NCBI GenBank assembly: GCA_964016885.1
Contig: OZ024740.1
Coordinates: forward strand, 37,386,001 to 37,450,000
DNA length: 64,000 nucleotides
Origin: Eledone cirrhosa
Lineage: Eukaryota
Direction: 5' to 3'
Shown here: positions 15,095-28,439 of the stretch, piece after piece
Layout of the letters: each line of letters opens with the position of its first letter
How positions within the stretch are numbered: the stretch's first letter is position 1
The notes under the pieces: model-generated
Told to the model about the DNA's origin: nothing
Databases searched by the model: none
What the model saw: the letters and a program-made list of their open reading frames with translations, nothing else
Translations under genes and position numbers: made by a program

Positions 15095-15212
15095 AGATGA
15101 GCCGAACTCCCACTGTCATCGCCTCCATCTATCTCGCCCTCCCCATCTCTCTGTGTTATGAGCAATTGGGGTCCCACGTGCTGGCACCCTCTCGGCCCCG
15201 GCGGACAGAATA
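15095..15212 (-). repeat. Dispersed GC-rich repeat homologous to 46843-46938
   Basis: Its reverse complement shares attctgtccgcc...ccagca-gtggga-ccca-ttgctca...gatggaggcgatgacagt-ggagttcggc. Confidence 0.8.
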
Positions 15213-15873
15213 GTTAACTATATTTTTAGTCTGGTGCTACCAACCTTGTCTACCCACATAGTACATGTCTGCTAACACACATGTTAGACAGAAATATGGC
15301 TAGTGCTTTCTTTTGTTGTTATATTATGTTTGTATATTAATACATACTCATTGTTATATACACATGTATTTATATATATACACACACACATATCTGGGTA
15401 TTGTAAAATACATGTGTATGTATATAAACATAGAGATAGTGTAAAATACACATGTATTTATATATACACATAGAGATATTGTAAAATATACATGTATGTT
15501 TATATATACATTGAGTCAGCAAAATACACTTGTATGTATATATACACATAGAGATATTGTAAAATGCACATGTGTATGGGTATATATGCAAAGAGAGATT
15601 CTGAAATACATATCTATGTAGGTTAAACAAATATTCTTTGCTGGGTTGGGGCAGTAGTAGCTATTTCTACAGAAATGTCGAAATGACACAACATAAGATG
15701 ACCTACTTATTGTGTATTTTTTTCAAAATACCAAAGGTCCATCGGTACATATGAAAGTATATATTTATATACATATAAAGAATATGTATATATGTGTGTG
15801 TGTGTGTGTGTGTCTACATATATATATATTTATGTGTGTATGTATATATATATACATACACACACACACACAC

Positions 15874-15943
<70 letters not shown>

Positions 15944-16134
15944 TTATAAGTATATATTCATGTTGAAATATATCAGTAAATTATATTTTTAAGTATTTAC
16001 ATAGTTTTATATATATTGTTTATATAAAAACTCCTGAGATTTTAGCATATTTCATAAAAATTATAAATGTAATTTTTCATAACTATATTCTTACAATCAG
16101 ACACAACTGCCAACCTCTATTTGTACATGCATAA

Positions 16135-16161
<27 letters not shown>

Positions 16162-16165
<4 letters not shown>

Positions 16166-16336
16166 GGAACGAGTAGGACCCCGATGGCTGAGCTCAAGCC
16201 GTTTCGAATTAGCCGTCGAAACAGCTTGAGCTCAGCCGTCGGAGTCCTACTCGTTCCTATTACCCACTCTACTACCCTAAGTATTGAGTACTTTGGTGTA
16301 TTATAGTCCACCTGGTTCCTTACCACATTTCCTTCG

Positions 16337-16337
<1 letters not shown>
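16162..16337 (+). mobile_element. Hairpin-plus-tail element in (TA)n (family also at 28233-28440)
   Basis: 46-bp arms (16162-16207 and 16216-16260) and the tail tacccactctactaccctaagtattgagtact...ggttccttaccac. Confidence 0.8.
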
Positions 16338-16378
<41 letters not shown>

Positions 16379-16481
16379 TTATACTTAGGGAGTGTCATAT
16401 TTGTGTAATATTGCCAAAACTAATTCATTGCCGTTATATATATATATAATGTGTGTGTGTGTATTTGTTATACAAATAATA

Positions 16482-16675
16482 ATAATTGTTTCTACTTTTG
16501 GCACAAGTCCAGCAATTACCCAGTGTATTACTGGTACTTTATTTTATCGACCCCGTAAGGATGAAAGGCAAAGTCAACCTCGGCAGGATTTGAACTCAGA
16601 ATGGCAAGCGCCGTAACTCTTTGCTACAAAGCATGGCGTCCGACCCTCTACCGATACTGCCAATCCACCGCCCAT
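16482..16675 (-). mobile_element. tRNA-derived SINE with Meta-like domain
   Basis: Reverse complement contains gagttcaaatcc and actttgcctttcatccttacggggtcgataaaataaagtaccagt. Confidence 0.85.
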
Positions 16676-17099
16676 TATTATACAAATAATAATAATGATA
16701 ATATTTATACTTATATATATACAATTATAAATAATTATAAATATATGTTGTATATAAATATATATATCCAAACCAATCGATTCTCACTCCTGTTGAAGAA
16801 AACCCCTCCCTGGTCGACCTCCAACACTTTCTGTTTGGTTTTGGTGATGTCAGGGTTGTAGCCGTACTCACCACACTTGGTCAGTTACGGGTTGGTGAGA
16901 TTATTTAACCTGTAGTTGGTGGTGGATGGCTGTTGACTCTGAGAGTTCAGCTCTTGTTTTGCTGGTAGGGGAGCCAGTTTAGTTGCTCTGAACCTTCTGC
17001 TGTCCAACTCTCCTGAGAGTTTCTTACCACTGACACATGTTTAGACCATTGACTTCTGGGAACAGGCCGAGGGTGGGGGTGGGGCATCTGGAAAGCCCT

Positions 17100-18060
17100 A
17101 ATTAGGTGTACTAAATTTCTTTCTGTCATTCTCAACAATTGATTCATTAGTTTTATGCCCCTGATGCTCCATTCTAGAGCATCACCTTTTCCCTTGTAAC
17201 AATTAATGAGTATACTGCTATGTCAGCCATTGGTTATGGCACCATCATGTATTATCTGATTGACTATGTAAGTGACTAGCTCAACTCTGATTTCCCCCGA
17301 TCATTTCAGCATCTCTGCAACTATCTCTGTTGTCCCAGCAGTTTTACTATTTTTCATCTCCTTGCTTTTTTAACCTTATAACTGTCTGATTCGCCCTCTG
17401 TTGTGTCTACAGGGGGGTAGTCTCTCTCCCACATTTATTCACCTTTCATAATAACATACCCAGGACTCTTTCATCTAAACATCAGTGAGGCTAAATTCAC
17501 CAGTGTTATTCTCAACATTCTTCTTTTCAACAACATCTTGATTCACTCCAACACATTACTGTGCCATGTGGAACACCTCTCACCAATTAATCCTCACATC
17601 ACATGACTTGGACACATTAGCAAGTAGCTCCATCTTCTTTACATGCTAAATAAACCTGTCATCTAGCTTCACTTTTAGCTACTTTATATTGTTCTATGCT
17701 GCCCCCATTTTCCAGTTTTTCCATATCTGCCTTTTAGCTTTAATGGCTCTGTCTAAAGTACTGGTCCAACACCAGATCACCTTTTATTTGGTTGGTACCT
17801 TACTCCAGCCACAAGTCACATGAGTAGCTAGTAGCCGGTTGTCTCATTGAAACTTCCTGTAGCCCCTTGTTATAAGTAACCATCTTCTCTCTTATCATAT
17901 GCATCACAGAGTTTTCCTAAATTTATATTTAACAATGCTGTAGTTTCCATACCCTCCTCGTGCAGATTCTCCAGCATTTCTGATTCAATCTGAATCTTAT
18001 TCTGATATCACCAGTAAATAATTTGTGTTGAGTGGTGAATTCTTCTCCATGAAAGTACTC
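17100..18060 (-). mobile_element. Degraded RTE-clade LINE fragment (EN-RT linker and RT N-terminus)
   Basis: Reverse complement resembles 33450-33870 (tacaagggaaaaggtgatgctctagaa..., gaagctagatgacaggt); many disruptions. Confidence 0.65.
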
Positions 18061-18612
18061 ATAGCAAGATTTACATACATTTATGATACATAAACATATT
18101 GTCTATGTTTTCATATACACCTGGATTATGAATTGACCTATGTTAGTTCTGCTGTAAATATGTGTGTGTGTATGTGTGAAAGGATTCTTTCTGCCTGAAG
18201 CCAGGAAGCATATGGTTACAATTACACAGTGGTAAAAAAAACAGAAGTACACCTCCTTTTCATCAGTTTATTTATATTAACCTATGCCAGAATGGGAAAG
18301 TGGATGTAAAAGGATGAAAATTGGGATTTATACATACTTACACATACACGCACAAACACATTTTCTACTTCCATTGATGCTTGTACCTATCTCTTACTCT
18401 TTTTCTCTTTCTCTCTTTACACACATACACACACACACACACATATATATATCTGTCTCTCATGTTTTTATCTATCTATTATTTATTTAATCAATTAAAG
18501 TGTCCATATAGAGCTGGTTAGCCATGACAGGCTGCGAAAGGTAGCTAATACCCCTTGTAATTGAGAAACAAAAACAAGGGTGGGATGGAGAGACCTATGT
18601 AACAAGACAAAC

Positions 18613-18657
18613 ACCAACATGAACTCACTATCTATAAGATAGTGAGTTCATGTTGGT
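18613..18657. repeat. Perfect 21-bp hairpin abutting a TA tract
   Basis: accaacatgaactcactatct-ata-agatagtgagttcatgttggt. Confidence 0.9.
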
Positions 18658-19032
18658 ATATATATATATAAACAAGTATTTATATGTATATATGTGTTTA
18701 TATATGTACTTATCCACATATTTATGTGTATGTGTATAAATATATGTATGCGCATGTGTATTTATATTATTATTATTATTAGCACAGACTAAAAGCATAA
18801 ACAAATAGTTTCTGCTTTCACTCTAAGTGAAATCATCTGAAAATGAGAAATATCAATCTATGAACGCAGAAGTAAATATTTTATAATGATTACAACAAAA
18901 TATTGCCTGTAGGAAATAGAAAAATATAACATTAGCTCATGGGGATGTCCTCTTTGGATTTTGGTCTTTGTAGTTCTTATCATTACTACTATATACATAC
19001 AGAGAGACAAAGTTAATTCCATAATGTGTATT

Positions 19033-19390
19033 GTTTATTGTTATAGCAAGAGCAAAAGAATTAATGAGCTGGATGGATTCTGTTCAGATGTCAGTATTTG
19101 TTTCTGTGACAAGAGACTGTTGTAGGGGAGACAACTTTAGAAGAATGATCCCTTGTGATAGTTCAACCCAGATAATCACCGCCCGCATTCTTCGAAATTC
19201 TTATTGCGTAACTTGAAGGACCCAAGATAACCAGGAGATTAACCCGGGCTGAACTATTATTCTTCAAAAGTTGTCTACCCTACAATAGTCCTACTCGAGT
19301 TACATCCCATGTCACAGAAACAAATACTGACATCTTCTGTGCAGAATCCATCGAGCTCATTAATACTTCCATTCTCGCTATAACCATACA
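19033..19390. mobile_element. Diverged long inverted-repeat (foldback/MITE-like) element
   Basis: About 140-150-bp imperfect arms, e.g. agatgtcagtatttgtttctgtgaca / tgtcacagaaacaaatactgacatct and ttaatgagct-gatggattctg / cagaatccatc-agctcattaa. Confidence 0.7.
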
Positions 19391-20410
19391 TGAGTTGAAT
19401 AATCACTTTTTTTAAGTAAAACACATGTAATCAAGTATTGTTTGGTAATTGTTGTGGCATTAACTCTATACCAAACTCGTCCTTTAGACTTAGTGCTCTA
19501 CCAACTTTGGATATAACCTCCTGTTTTTTTTTCACCATGTATATATACATATATGGTAATATGAATTATATAGGTCAAGTGGAGAGAACTCTATTGGAAG
19601 TAGTATATGATTTATATAGTCAGTAGGACTGGTAGTGTCTTGAATTGTCACTAGACAATATTTCTCCTTCAGATATTTGTGTAAAACACCACTCTCATCA
19701 GACAATCAAAGTAGATAAATTGAGTGCTTTAAGTGGCCATAAAAGTACTTCATGATTCTGCTTTCTTTGGTGATTCTTTTGCTGCTTTTCCATGACCATC
19801 TATTGCAGAGGAGTTATTATGTAACTAGGAAGTGAAACATCTAGTAAGTACATCACCACTACTGGCAAGTACATTCATCAATTACATATATATGTATACA
19901 TCGTATGTACTTATACATATCATCATCATCATCATTTTACATCCGCTTTTCCCTGCTTGCATGGGTTGGATGGGTCCTATTCAGCACAGCATCTCTCCAC
20001 TTGTCACGGTCCTTCGTCATCTCCTCGGTGAGTTTCATATATATATATATACCATGGGAGTTATGTTGTTTACCAATGGGTAGAACTGGTGATTCCAGTT
20101 AGTAAATGATGATGCAACAAATTAAAGCACTCAACATTATGCAAATCATCCATTGTAGATGTTATATCCTATGGCTGGTGCAGGAACAGAGTTAAATATT
20201 CACTAAAGCAAAAGAAGGTTGGAGCGGAAACTTTCTTTAAAATTTTAATTCCTTGAAATCACTATACATATTTGAATGGCTCAGTTTCATCATTCTATCA
20301 TGTTGCAAGACCTAGACGATTTCATCAGTTGTTGATTGCAGAATTAGTTCCATAAGATAACAGGATTACAGTGAACACAAACAGAGAATAGGACATAGAG
20401 AGCAGATTGG

Positions 20411-20495
20411 ATTTGGGGATGGCCTGCCAATTCAGTGTTATTGTAACAGGCATGGTTTGCCATTACAATAACACCAAATTGGCAGTGGTGTCCCT
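20411..20495. repeat. Imperfect ~38-bp hairpin
   Basis: ctgccaatt-gtgttattgtaa-ggca / tgcc-ttacaataacac-aattggcag. Confidence 0.75.
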
Positions 20496-20817
20496 ATCAT
20501 TAAATCACCCAAGACACCCCCAACGAGATATACCTTGGCAGAGGCCAACTAAACCTGCATAATATTTATATGTGTGTATATATATGTAGACATAGATATC
20601 TATATATATGATGATGGACTCTACCGTTGATTCGACGTATGAGGGTTCAACAGTTTTTTCAGTTCATTGTTTTATGATTATGCCTCAAATGCACTTCAAT
20701 CCAGCTGCTGGTTTACACATCAATCCGCATTTGGTGCATGTGACAGGATCTTGAACAGAGCAGGCTGGAATGCCTGACCGGACTCTGGTATCAGATCCTA
20801 TCTCACAGAGATGGGCA

Positions 20818-20859
<42 letters not shown>

Positions 20860-22554
20860 CCGTGCACTCACATATACATACACATAAATACACTCCTTCA
20901 CACACATGTGTGTGTGTGTGTATATATGTGAAATAATAAAAATATGAGCGCTAGATTTCCATATTAATTTTGTTATGTAATTTACTGTAATACGTATTTC
21001 TGTGGTGTTGTTCTTAATTATGTAATTCTACCATCATGCAATCACTGACATGACTTCTTCAAACAACATCTTAGGTAATACATTTCTTATGCAATACGAC
21101 CACCTACCCTTGCAAGCAGGGAAAAGTGGACGTCAAATGATGATGATGATGATATGGAAACTACTTATTTTCAATGTTACTCTTTCAAAGGCCCATCTGA
21201 AAGAGCATGTATATGTACATGTAGTATGTATGTATTTATGTTTGTATGTAGTGTGAAATGTATAGAGAGAGAGGAGGGGAAATAATTATATATCTAAACA
21301 TATGACATGAGTTCATCTTAAGAAAATTATTGTTTTCTGTGCTATTGACTTTGTCTTCATTAATATTCATATCTTCATTAGGTTTAATTAGTTTCATTGT
21401 CAATCTTGACCATATGTTCATATGGGCATATGTGTAAATCGTCACTAATTATATTTTATATATGTGCGTGTGTGTATGTCACATTAGCAGATGTATCTAT
21501 ATCATCATCATCTTTTAACATCTACTTTCCTTGCTTGCAAAGATTGGACAGGTCTACATAAACCAAGCTGGGCTACTGAGATCCCAGACAGGCCAGGGAG
21601 TCTGCATCTCGCTTACATATGGTCTTATGTTCTATTGAGTGCACAGGGGAAATTGCCATGTCTTTAATACAATCGAAGGGTCCTCCCAACTCTTTGTTTG
21701 GCAAGCTTATATATATATATATGTGTGTATGTGTGGGGTAGACCTTGCATTGCTTTGACAATGAGTATTCATTTATTTGGTCCACTACACAACAGAATTG
21801 TAAAATGAATTAATACTTATGTATTAATTTAACAATTCACTTTATACTCAATTTCTGAGCTGTGGTTATGGTTAAATCACACCTCCATGTAACTATGCAT
21901 TGGAATATAAACTGCTATCTTGTGATTACTAAGGGAGCATCATAACCCCTCAACCCTGCCAGTGTCTACATAAAACCTTTTCTTTTATTCTTTTACTAGC
22001 TTCAGTTATTGTACTGCGACCATGCTGGGGCACTACCTTCAAAAGTTTAATCCATTATTTTGATCACCACTATTTAATTTTTTCTAGTTCAGTATTTATT
22101 TTATCAATGTCTGTTTCTCAAACTGCTAAGTTATGGGACAAAATCAAGACATAAACGAAGGCATGGGAACATAGACACAGGGACACTGGCATGGGGACAC
22201 ACACACAGGAACACACACACCATCATCATTTTACATCTGCTTCATGTTGGCCTCAGTTGAATGGATCATTACAGATGAAGTCAGTAGTTAATTGGATATA
22301 CACTTTTCATAGACAAGTCAGAAACCTGTTTCTTTTACTATATATATATATATTTATATATTTATATATATATATATATATGGTTCAAGAGTAAACCAAT
22401 CTTAAAGAGAGAGATGGAGATAGAAGAAGAGAAGAGAGATTGGTGAATTTGTTAGAAGCCAAAGCGTAAAGGCTTTGTGCTCAATGTGCAATATGCAGTG
22501 GAAGGTAGCTAGAGGGCTGGGTTCATGCAGAGATTAGGTGCACAGAGCTGGAAA

Positions 22555-22716
22555 TATTCATTAGTTAAGCAAATCAAGACCACAAAATTCACAAGGAAGA
22601 CAGAAATATCCAGGTCCCAAAGCAGACAACTGATGAAGCAAAACTTTCTCCCGTTCATGCTTTCTTGTATTTTAAAGTATACCTTATCCCGCAACTACAC
22701 AGCCCCTCTTTTCTTC
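22555..22716 (+). mobile_element. Short A+B fusion insert whose halves recur as separate palindromes immediately downstream
   Basis: 22555-22601 matches the start of the 22745 arm; 22602-22716 is the reverse complement of 23098-23211. Confidence 0.75.
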
Positions 22717-22744
<28 letters not shown>

Positions 22745-22747
<3 letters not shown>

Positions 22748-23073
22748 TTCATTAGTTAAGCAAAACAAGACCACAAAATTCACAAGGAAGACGTTATTTA
22801 AAGAGTGTCAACATAGTTGCAGTTTAATGTAAGGAATAAGGAGTGTAATTATAGTTTAATGTAGGAATAATACTAATAATAATAATAATTGTTTCGCTAC
22901 TCCATATAATGTTTCTGGATCAACGGACATTATTATTATTATTAGTATTATTCCTACATTAAACTATAATTACACTCCTTATTCCTTACATTAAACTGCA
23001 ACTATGTTGACACTCTTTAAATAACGTCTTCCTTGTGAATTTTGTGGTCTTGTTTTGCTTAACTAATGAATAT
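22745..23073. repeat. Apparently perfect ~145-bp inverted repeat with a 39-nt loop, flanked by (TA)n
   Basis: Arms 22745-22889 and 22929-23073. Confidence 0.92.
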
Positions 23074-23095
23074 ATATATATATATATATATATAT

Positions 23096-23288
23096 GATAG
23101 AAAAGAGGGGCTGTGTAGTTGCGGGATAAGGTATACTTTAAAATAAGAAGAAAGCATGAACGGGAGAAAGTTTTCCTTCATCAGTTGTCTGCTGGGCGTC
23201 CTGGATATTTCTACGTAGAAATATCCAGGACCCCCAGCAGACAACTGATGAAGAAAAACTTTCTCCCGTTCATGCTTTCTTTTTCTTT
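23096..23288. repeat. Loopless palindrome (~68-bp arms centred on ctac|gtag at 23214/23215) plus a unique tail
   Basis: gaaagcatgaacgggagaaagtttt...ggatatttctac / gtagaaatatcc...aaaactttctcccgttcatgctttc. Confidence 0.9.
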
Positions 23289-23589
23289 ATATATATAAAC
23301 AAATGAATATATCGCATCCCCATGGTTGAGGGCCGAGGTTCTTAGACACAGCAACCACTCTTCTCCACACATTATACAACTACATGTTAAAAAATTCACT
23401 GTATTCATGCTCTCTGCAGAGGTTTAGTGGGTCTCAAGTTCTTTTCTAAGTTGATTTATTGTCAGGGTTGACGCCCTCAACCTTCTCTTCTAGACAGGTA
23501 GTGAGAATTTATGTTCAGAGATGTCCTTCTCCTAGTTTGATTGTCTTCCAAGGCTGCCATGCTTAGAGTACCCACTTACATATACAGCA

Positions 23590-26500
23590 TGGGGACTTAA
23601 TGTCCAGTGTGATATTAGGTCACTGAGTGGGAGGGGAGACACTGTCCAGTCTGGTGTTAGACCACTGAGTGTGAGGGGAGACAGTGTCCAGTCTGGTGTT
23701 AGACCACTGAGTGTGGGGTGAGACAGTGTCCAGTGTAGTGTTAGACCACTGGGTGTGAGGTGAGACACTGTCCAGTGTAGTATTAGACCACTGGGTGTGA
23801 GGTGAGACAGTGTCCAGTCTGGTGTTAGGTCACTGGGTGTGAGGGGAGACAGTGTCCAGTCTGGTGTTAGACCACTGAGTGTGGGGTGAGACAGTGTCCA
23901 GTGTAGTGTTAGACCACTGGGTGTGAGGTGAGACAGTGTCCAGTGTAGTGTTAGACCACTGGGTGTGAGGTGAGACAGTGTCCAGTCTGGTGTTAGGTCA
24001 CTGGGTGTGAGGGGAGACAGTGTCCAGTCTGGTGTTAGACCACTGAGTGTGGGGTGAGACAGTGTCCAGTGTAGTGTTAGACCACTGGGTGTGAGGTGAG
24101 ACAGTGTCCAGTGTAGTGTTAGACCACTGAGTGTGAGGTGAGACAGTGTCCAGTCTGGTGTTAGACCACTGAGTGTGAGGTGAGACAGTGTCCAGTGTAG
24201 TGTTAGACCACTGGGTGTGAGGTGAGACAGTGTCCAGTCTGGTGTTAGGTCACTGGGTGTGAGGGGAGACAGTGTCCAGTCTGGTGTTAGACCACTGAGT
24301 GTGGGGTGAGACAGTGTCCAGTGTAGTGTTAGACCACTGGGTGTGAGGTGAGACAGTGTCCAGTGTAGTGTTAGACCACTGAGTGTGAGGTGAGACAGTG
24401 TCCAGTCTGGTGTTAGACCACTGAGTGTGAGGTGAGACAGTGTCCAGTGTAGTGTTAGACCACTGGGTGTGAGGTGAGACAGTGTCCAGTCTGGTGTTAG
24501 GTCACTGGGTGTGAGGTGAGACAGTGTCCAGTACAGTGTTAGACCACTGGGTGTGAGGGGAGACAGTGTCCAGTCTGGTGTTAGACCACTGAGTGTGGGG
24601 TGAGACAGTGTCCAGTGTAGTGTTAGACCACTGAGTGTGAGGGGAGACAGTGTCCAGTCTGGTATTAGGTCACTGAGTGTGAGGGGAGACAGTGTCCAGT
24701 CTGGTGTTAGACCACTGAGTGTGGGGTGAGACAGTGTCCAGTGTAGTGTTAGACCACTGAGTGTGAGGTGAGACAGTGTCCAGTCTGGTGTTAGACCACT
24801 GGGTGTGAGGTGAGACAGTGTCCAGTACAGTGTTAGACCACTGGGTGTGAGGGGAGACAGTGTCCAGTCTGGTGTTAGACCACTGGGTGTGAGGTGAGAC
24901 AGTGTCCAGTGTAGTGTTAGACCACTGAGTGTGGGGTGAGACAGTGTCCAGTACAGTGTTAGACCACTGAGTGTGAGGTGAGACAGTGTCCAGTCTGGTG
25001 TTAGACCACTGAGTGTGAGGTGAGACAGTGTTCAGTCTGGTGTTAGGTCACTGGGTGTGAGGGGAGACAGTGTCCAGTCTGGTGTTAGACCACTGAGTGT
25101 GGGGTGAGACAGTGTCCAGTCTGGTGTTAGGTCACTGGGTGTGAGGTGAGACAGTGTCCAGTCTGGTGTTAGACCACTGAGTGTGAGGTGAGACAGTGTC
25201 CAGTCTGGTGTTAGACCACTGAGTGTGGGGTGAGACAGTGTCCAGTGTAGTGTTAGACCACTGAGTGTGAGGTGAGACAGTGTCCAGTCTGGTGTTAGGT
25301 CACTGGGTGTGAGGGGAGACAGTGTCCAGTCTGGTGTTAGGTCACTGGGTGTGGGGTGAGACAGTGTCCAGTCTGGTGTTAGGTCACTGGGTGTGAGGTG
25401 AGACAGTGTCCAGTCTGGTGTTAGACCACTGAGTGTGAGGTGAGACACTGTCCAGTCTGGTGTTAGACCACTGGGTGTGAGGTGAGACAGTGTCCAGTCT
25501 GGTTAGACCACTGAGTGTGGGGTGAGACAGTGTCCAGTGTAGTGTTAGACCACTGGGTGTGAGGTGAGACAGTGTCCAGTGTAGTGTTAGACCACTGGGT
25601 GTGAGGTGAGACAGTGTCCAGTGTAGTATTAGACCACTGAGTGTGAGGTGAGACAGTGTCCAGTCTGGTGTTAGACCACTGAGTGTGAGGGGAGACAGTG
25701 TCCAGTCTGGTGTTAGGTCACTAGGTGTGAGGTGAGACAGTGTCCAGTCTGGTGTTAGACCACTGAGTGTGGGGTGAGACAGTGTCCAGTGTAATGTTAG
25801 ACCACTGGGTGTGAGGTGAGACAGTGTCCAGTGTAGTGTTAGACCACTGGGTGTGAGGGGAGACAGTGTCCAGTGTAGTGTTAGACCACTGAGTGTGAGG
25901 GGAGACAGTGTCCAGTCTGGTGTTAGGTCACTGGGTGTGAGGGGAGACAGTGTCCAGTCTGGTGTTAGGTCACTGAGTGTGGGGTGAGACAGTGTCCAGT
26001 GTAGTGTTAGACCACTGAGTGTGAGGTGAGACACTGTCCAGTGTAGTGTTAGACCACGGTGTGAGGTGAGACAGTGTCCAGTACAGTGTTAGACCACTGG
26101 GTGTGAGGTGAGACAGTGTCCAGTGTAGTGTTAGACCACTGAGTGTGAGGGGAGACAGTGTCCAGTCTGGTATTAGGTCACTGAGTGTGAGGGGAGACAG
26201 TGTCCAGTCTGGTGTTAGACCACTGGGTGTGAGGTGAGACAGTGTCCAGTCTGGTATTAGACCACTGAGTGTGAGGGGAGACACTGTCCAGTCTGGTGTT
26301 AGACCACTGAGTGTGAGGTGAGACAGTGTCCAGTATGGTGTTAGGTCACTGGGTGTGAGGGGAGACAGTGTCCAGTCTGGTATTAGGTCACTGAGTGTGA
26401 GGGGAGACAGTGTCCAGTCTGGTGTTAGACCACTGGGTGTGAGGGGAGACAGTGTCCAGTCTGGTGTTAGGTTACTGAGTGTGAGGGGAGACAGTGTCCT

Positions 26501-26792
26501 GTATACTGTTAGACCACTGGGTGTGAGATAAGACTTAGTTTCCAGTGTAGTATTAGACTACTGGGTATGAGGTGAGACAGTGTCCAGTGGGTCATTAGAC
26601 CACCGGGTGGGAGGTGAGACAGTGTCCAGTGTAGTGTTAGACCACTCGGTATGAGGTGAGACTTTGTCCTGTGGTCCATTAGACCACTGGGTATGAGGTG
26701 AGACAGTGTCCAGTGTAGTGTTAGACCACTGGGTATGAGGTGAGACAGTGTCCAGTGGGTCGTTAGACCACTGGGTGGGAGGTGTCCAGTGT
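23590..26792. repeat. 42-bp minisatellite array, about 76 copies
   Basis: Unit gtgaggtgagacagtgtccagt(gta/ctg)gtgttag(ac/gt)cactg(g/a)gt, with diverged units at both edges. Confidence 0.97.
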
Positions 26793-27498
26793 CCCTTGCT
26801 AACATTTCTGTGATATAACACTATGTCTAGTAATGCAGCACTCAACTGTTAAAGAGACAGTAACTAGCAGCACATCTGCTTTTGAGGGATTATTTCTTGA
26901 AATCTTGGATAATGACACATCCGCTGTTGCAATCTGAAATCTGTTTTCATTATATCCTGAATAAATGTACATCCGGCATTGAAATGACATTTTTTCAAAA
27001 AATAGATAATTAAATTAAATACATGAATATATTTATGTATGTATGTAATTATGTATTTGTGTGTATGTAGTGTGAAATGGATAGAGCGAGAGGAGGGGAA
27101 ATAATTATATATTTAGACATATGACATCAGTCTAACCCATGCTAGCGTGGAAGATGGACGTTAAACGATGATTATGATACATGTATGTGTGCATGCGTGC
27201 GTGTGTGTCAGAGTCTATTTATATATATATATATATATGTATATATATACATATATATATATATATGTATGTATATATATCTGTGTATGTATGTATATTT
27301 GTGTGTGTCTGTAGCAATATCCATATGAGTGAAAAAGGAAAAAGGTAAACTGCTTAATCGGGAAAAGAGCTGAAATATAAACTTGTATAAATGCTTGAAG
27401 ATTAAGTCACACTTTTGTCCCCTATTTCATTCCTGTGATATCATCCATATTTGGCCTTGAAACGTCAGGTAACGGTTTTGTTGTGTGTATGAGCATAA

Positions 27499-27533
<35 letters not shown>

Positions 27534-27562
27534 GTGTGTGTGTGTGTTTATATATGTATGTT

Positions 27563-27602
<40 letters not shown>

Positions 27603-27604
<2 letters not shown>

Positions 27605-28200
27605 ATCATCATCATAGTTTAACGTCCATCTTCCAAGCTACCATAGGTTGGACGTTTTCATCCTACTTGATGCAACATTGGTTGGGAGACTGTGTCTCAC
27701 TCATACAGAACTGTTTCTGGCAGGTTTACTATGGCTGGATGCCCTTCCTAACACCAACCACATTTACAGTGTGGACTGGGAGCCTTTTTAACGTGTCTCC
27801 TACACAAACACTACAGTGTGGACTGGGTGCTTTTTGTCGTATCACCTACACGACCACTTTACAGTTGACGGAAGTGGGAGGATAGAGTAGGGAGTGTGGG
27901 GCATATATTGGGTTAAGAGGTGCCTATTGACTAGGCTTAAGTTTGTATGCAAGGGAAGGCGGGTCTTCTGTACAACTGCATAGCACCAAAGATCTTGATC
28001 CAGTGACATTGTCTTAGAGAGGTGCAAGTGAGCAAGGTCAGTTTTTATCACCTTGTCCCAGGTTTTTCTTGGTCTACCCACTCCGTAACTTCCATCGATT
28101 TTGATTGCTCTGCACTTTTTTATACAGCTGTTGTCCTTCATATGCATCACATGACCATACCAACACAATCTCCTCTCCTGCACACAACATTTGATACTTC
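27603..28200 (-). mobile_element. RTE LINE 3' fragment with 3'UTR and (GAT)n tail
   Basis: ORF 27842-28183 encodes RRLCWYGHVMHM...[15 protein letters not shown]; the tail is gatggacgttaaac(tat/gat)n. Confidence 0.85.
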
Positions 28201-28232
28201 TTATGCTTAGTGTGTGGGTGTATATATATATA

Positions 28233-28439
28233 TATAGGAAAATGTATGACCCCGACGGCAGAGCTCAAGCCGTTTCGACAGCTATTTCTGGACTCTGAGT
28301 CAAGAAATAGCCATTGAAATGGCTTGAGCTCTGCCGTCGGGGGGGGGGGCATACATTTTCCTATTACCCACTCTACTACCCTAAGTATTGAGTACTCTGG
28401 TGTGTTATAGTCCATCTGGTTCCTTACCACAACTCCTCC

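Noticed and set aside
22628-23255. ctgatgaag in the B module as a hammerhead
   Set aside because: No properly placed GAAA, stem III or UH downstream.
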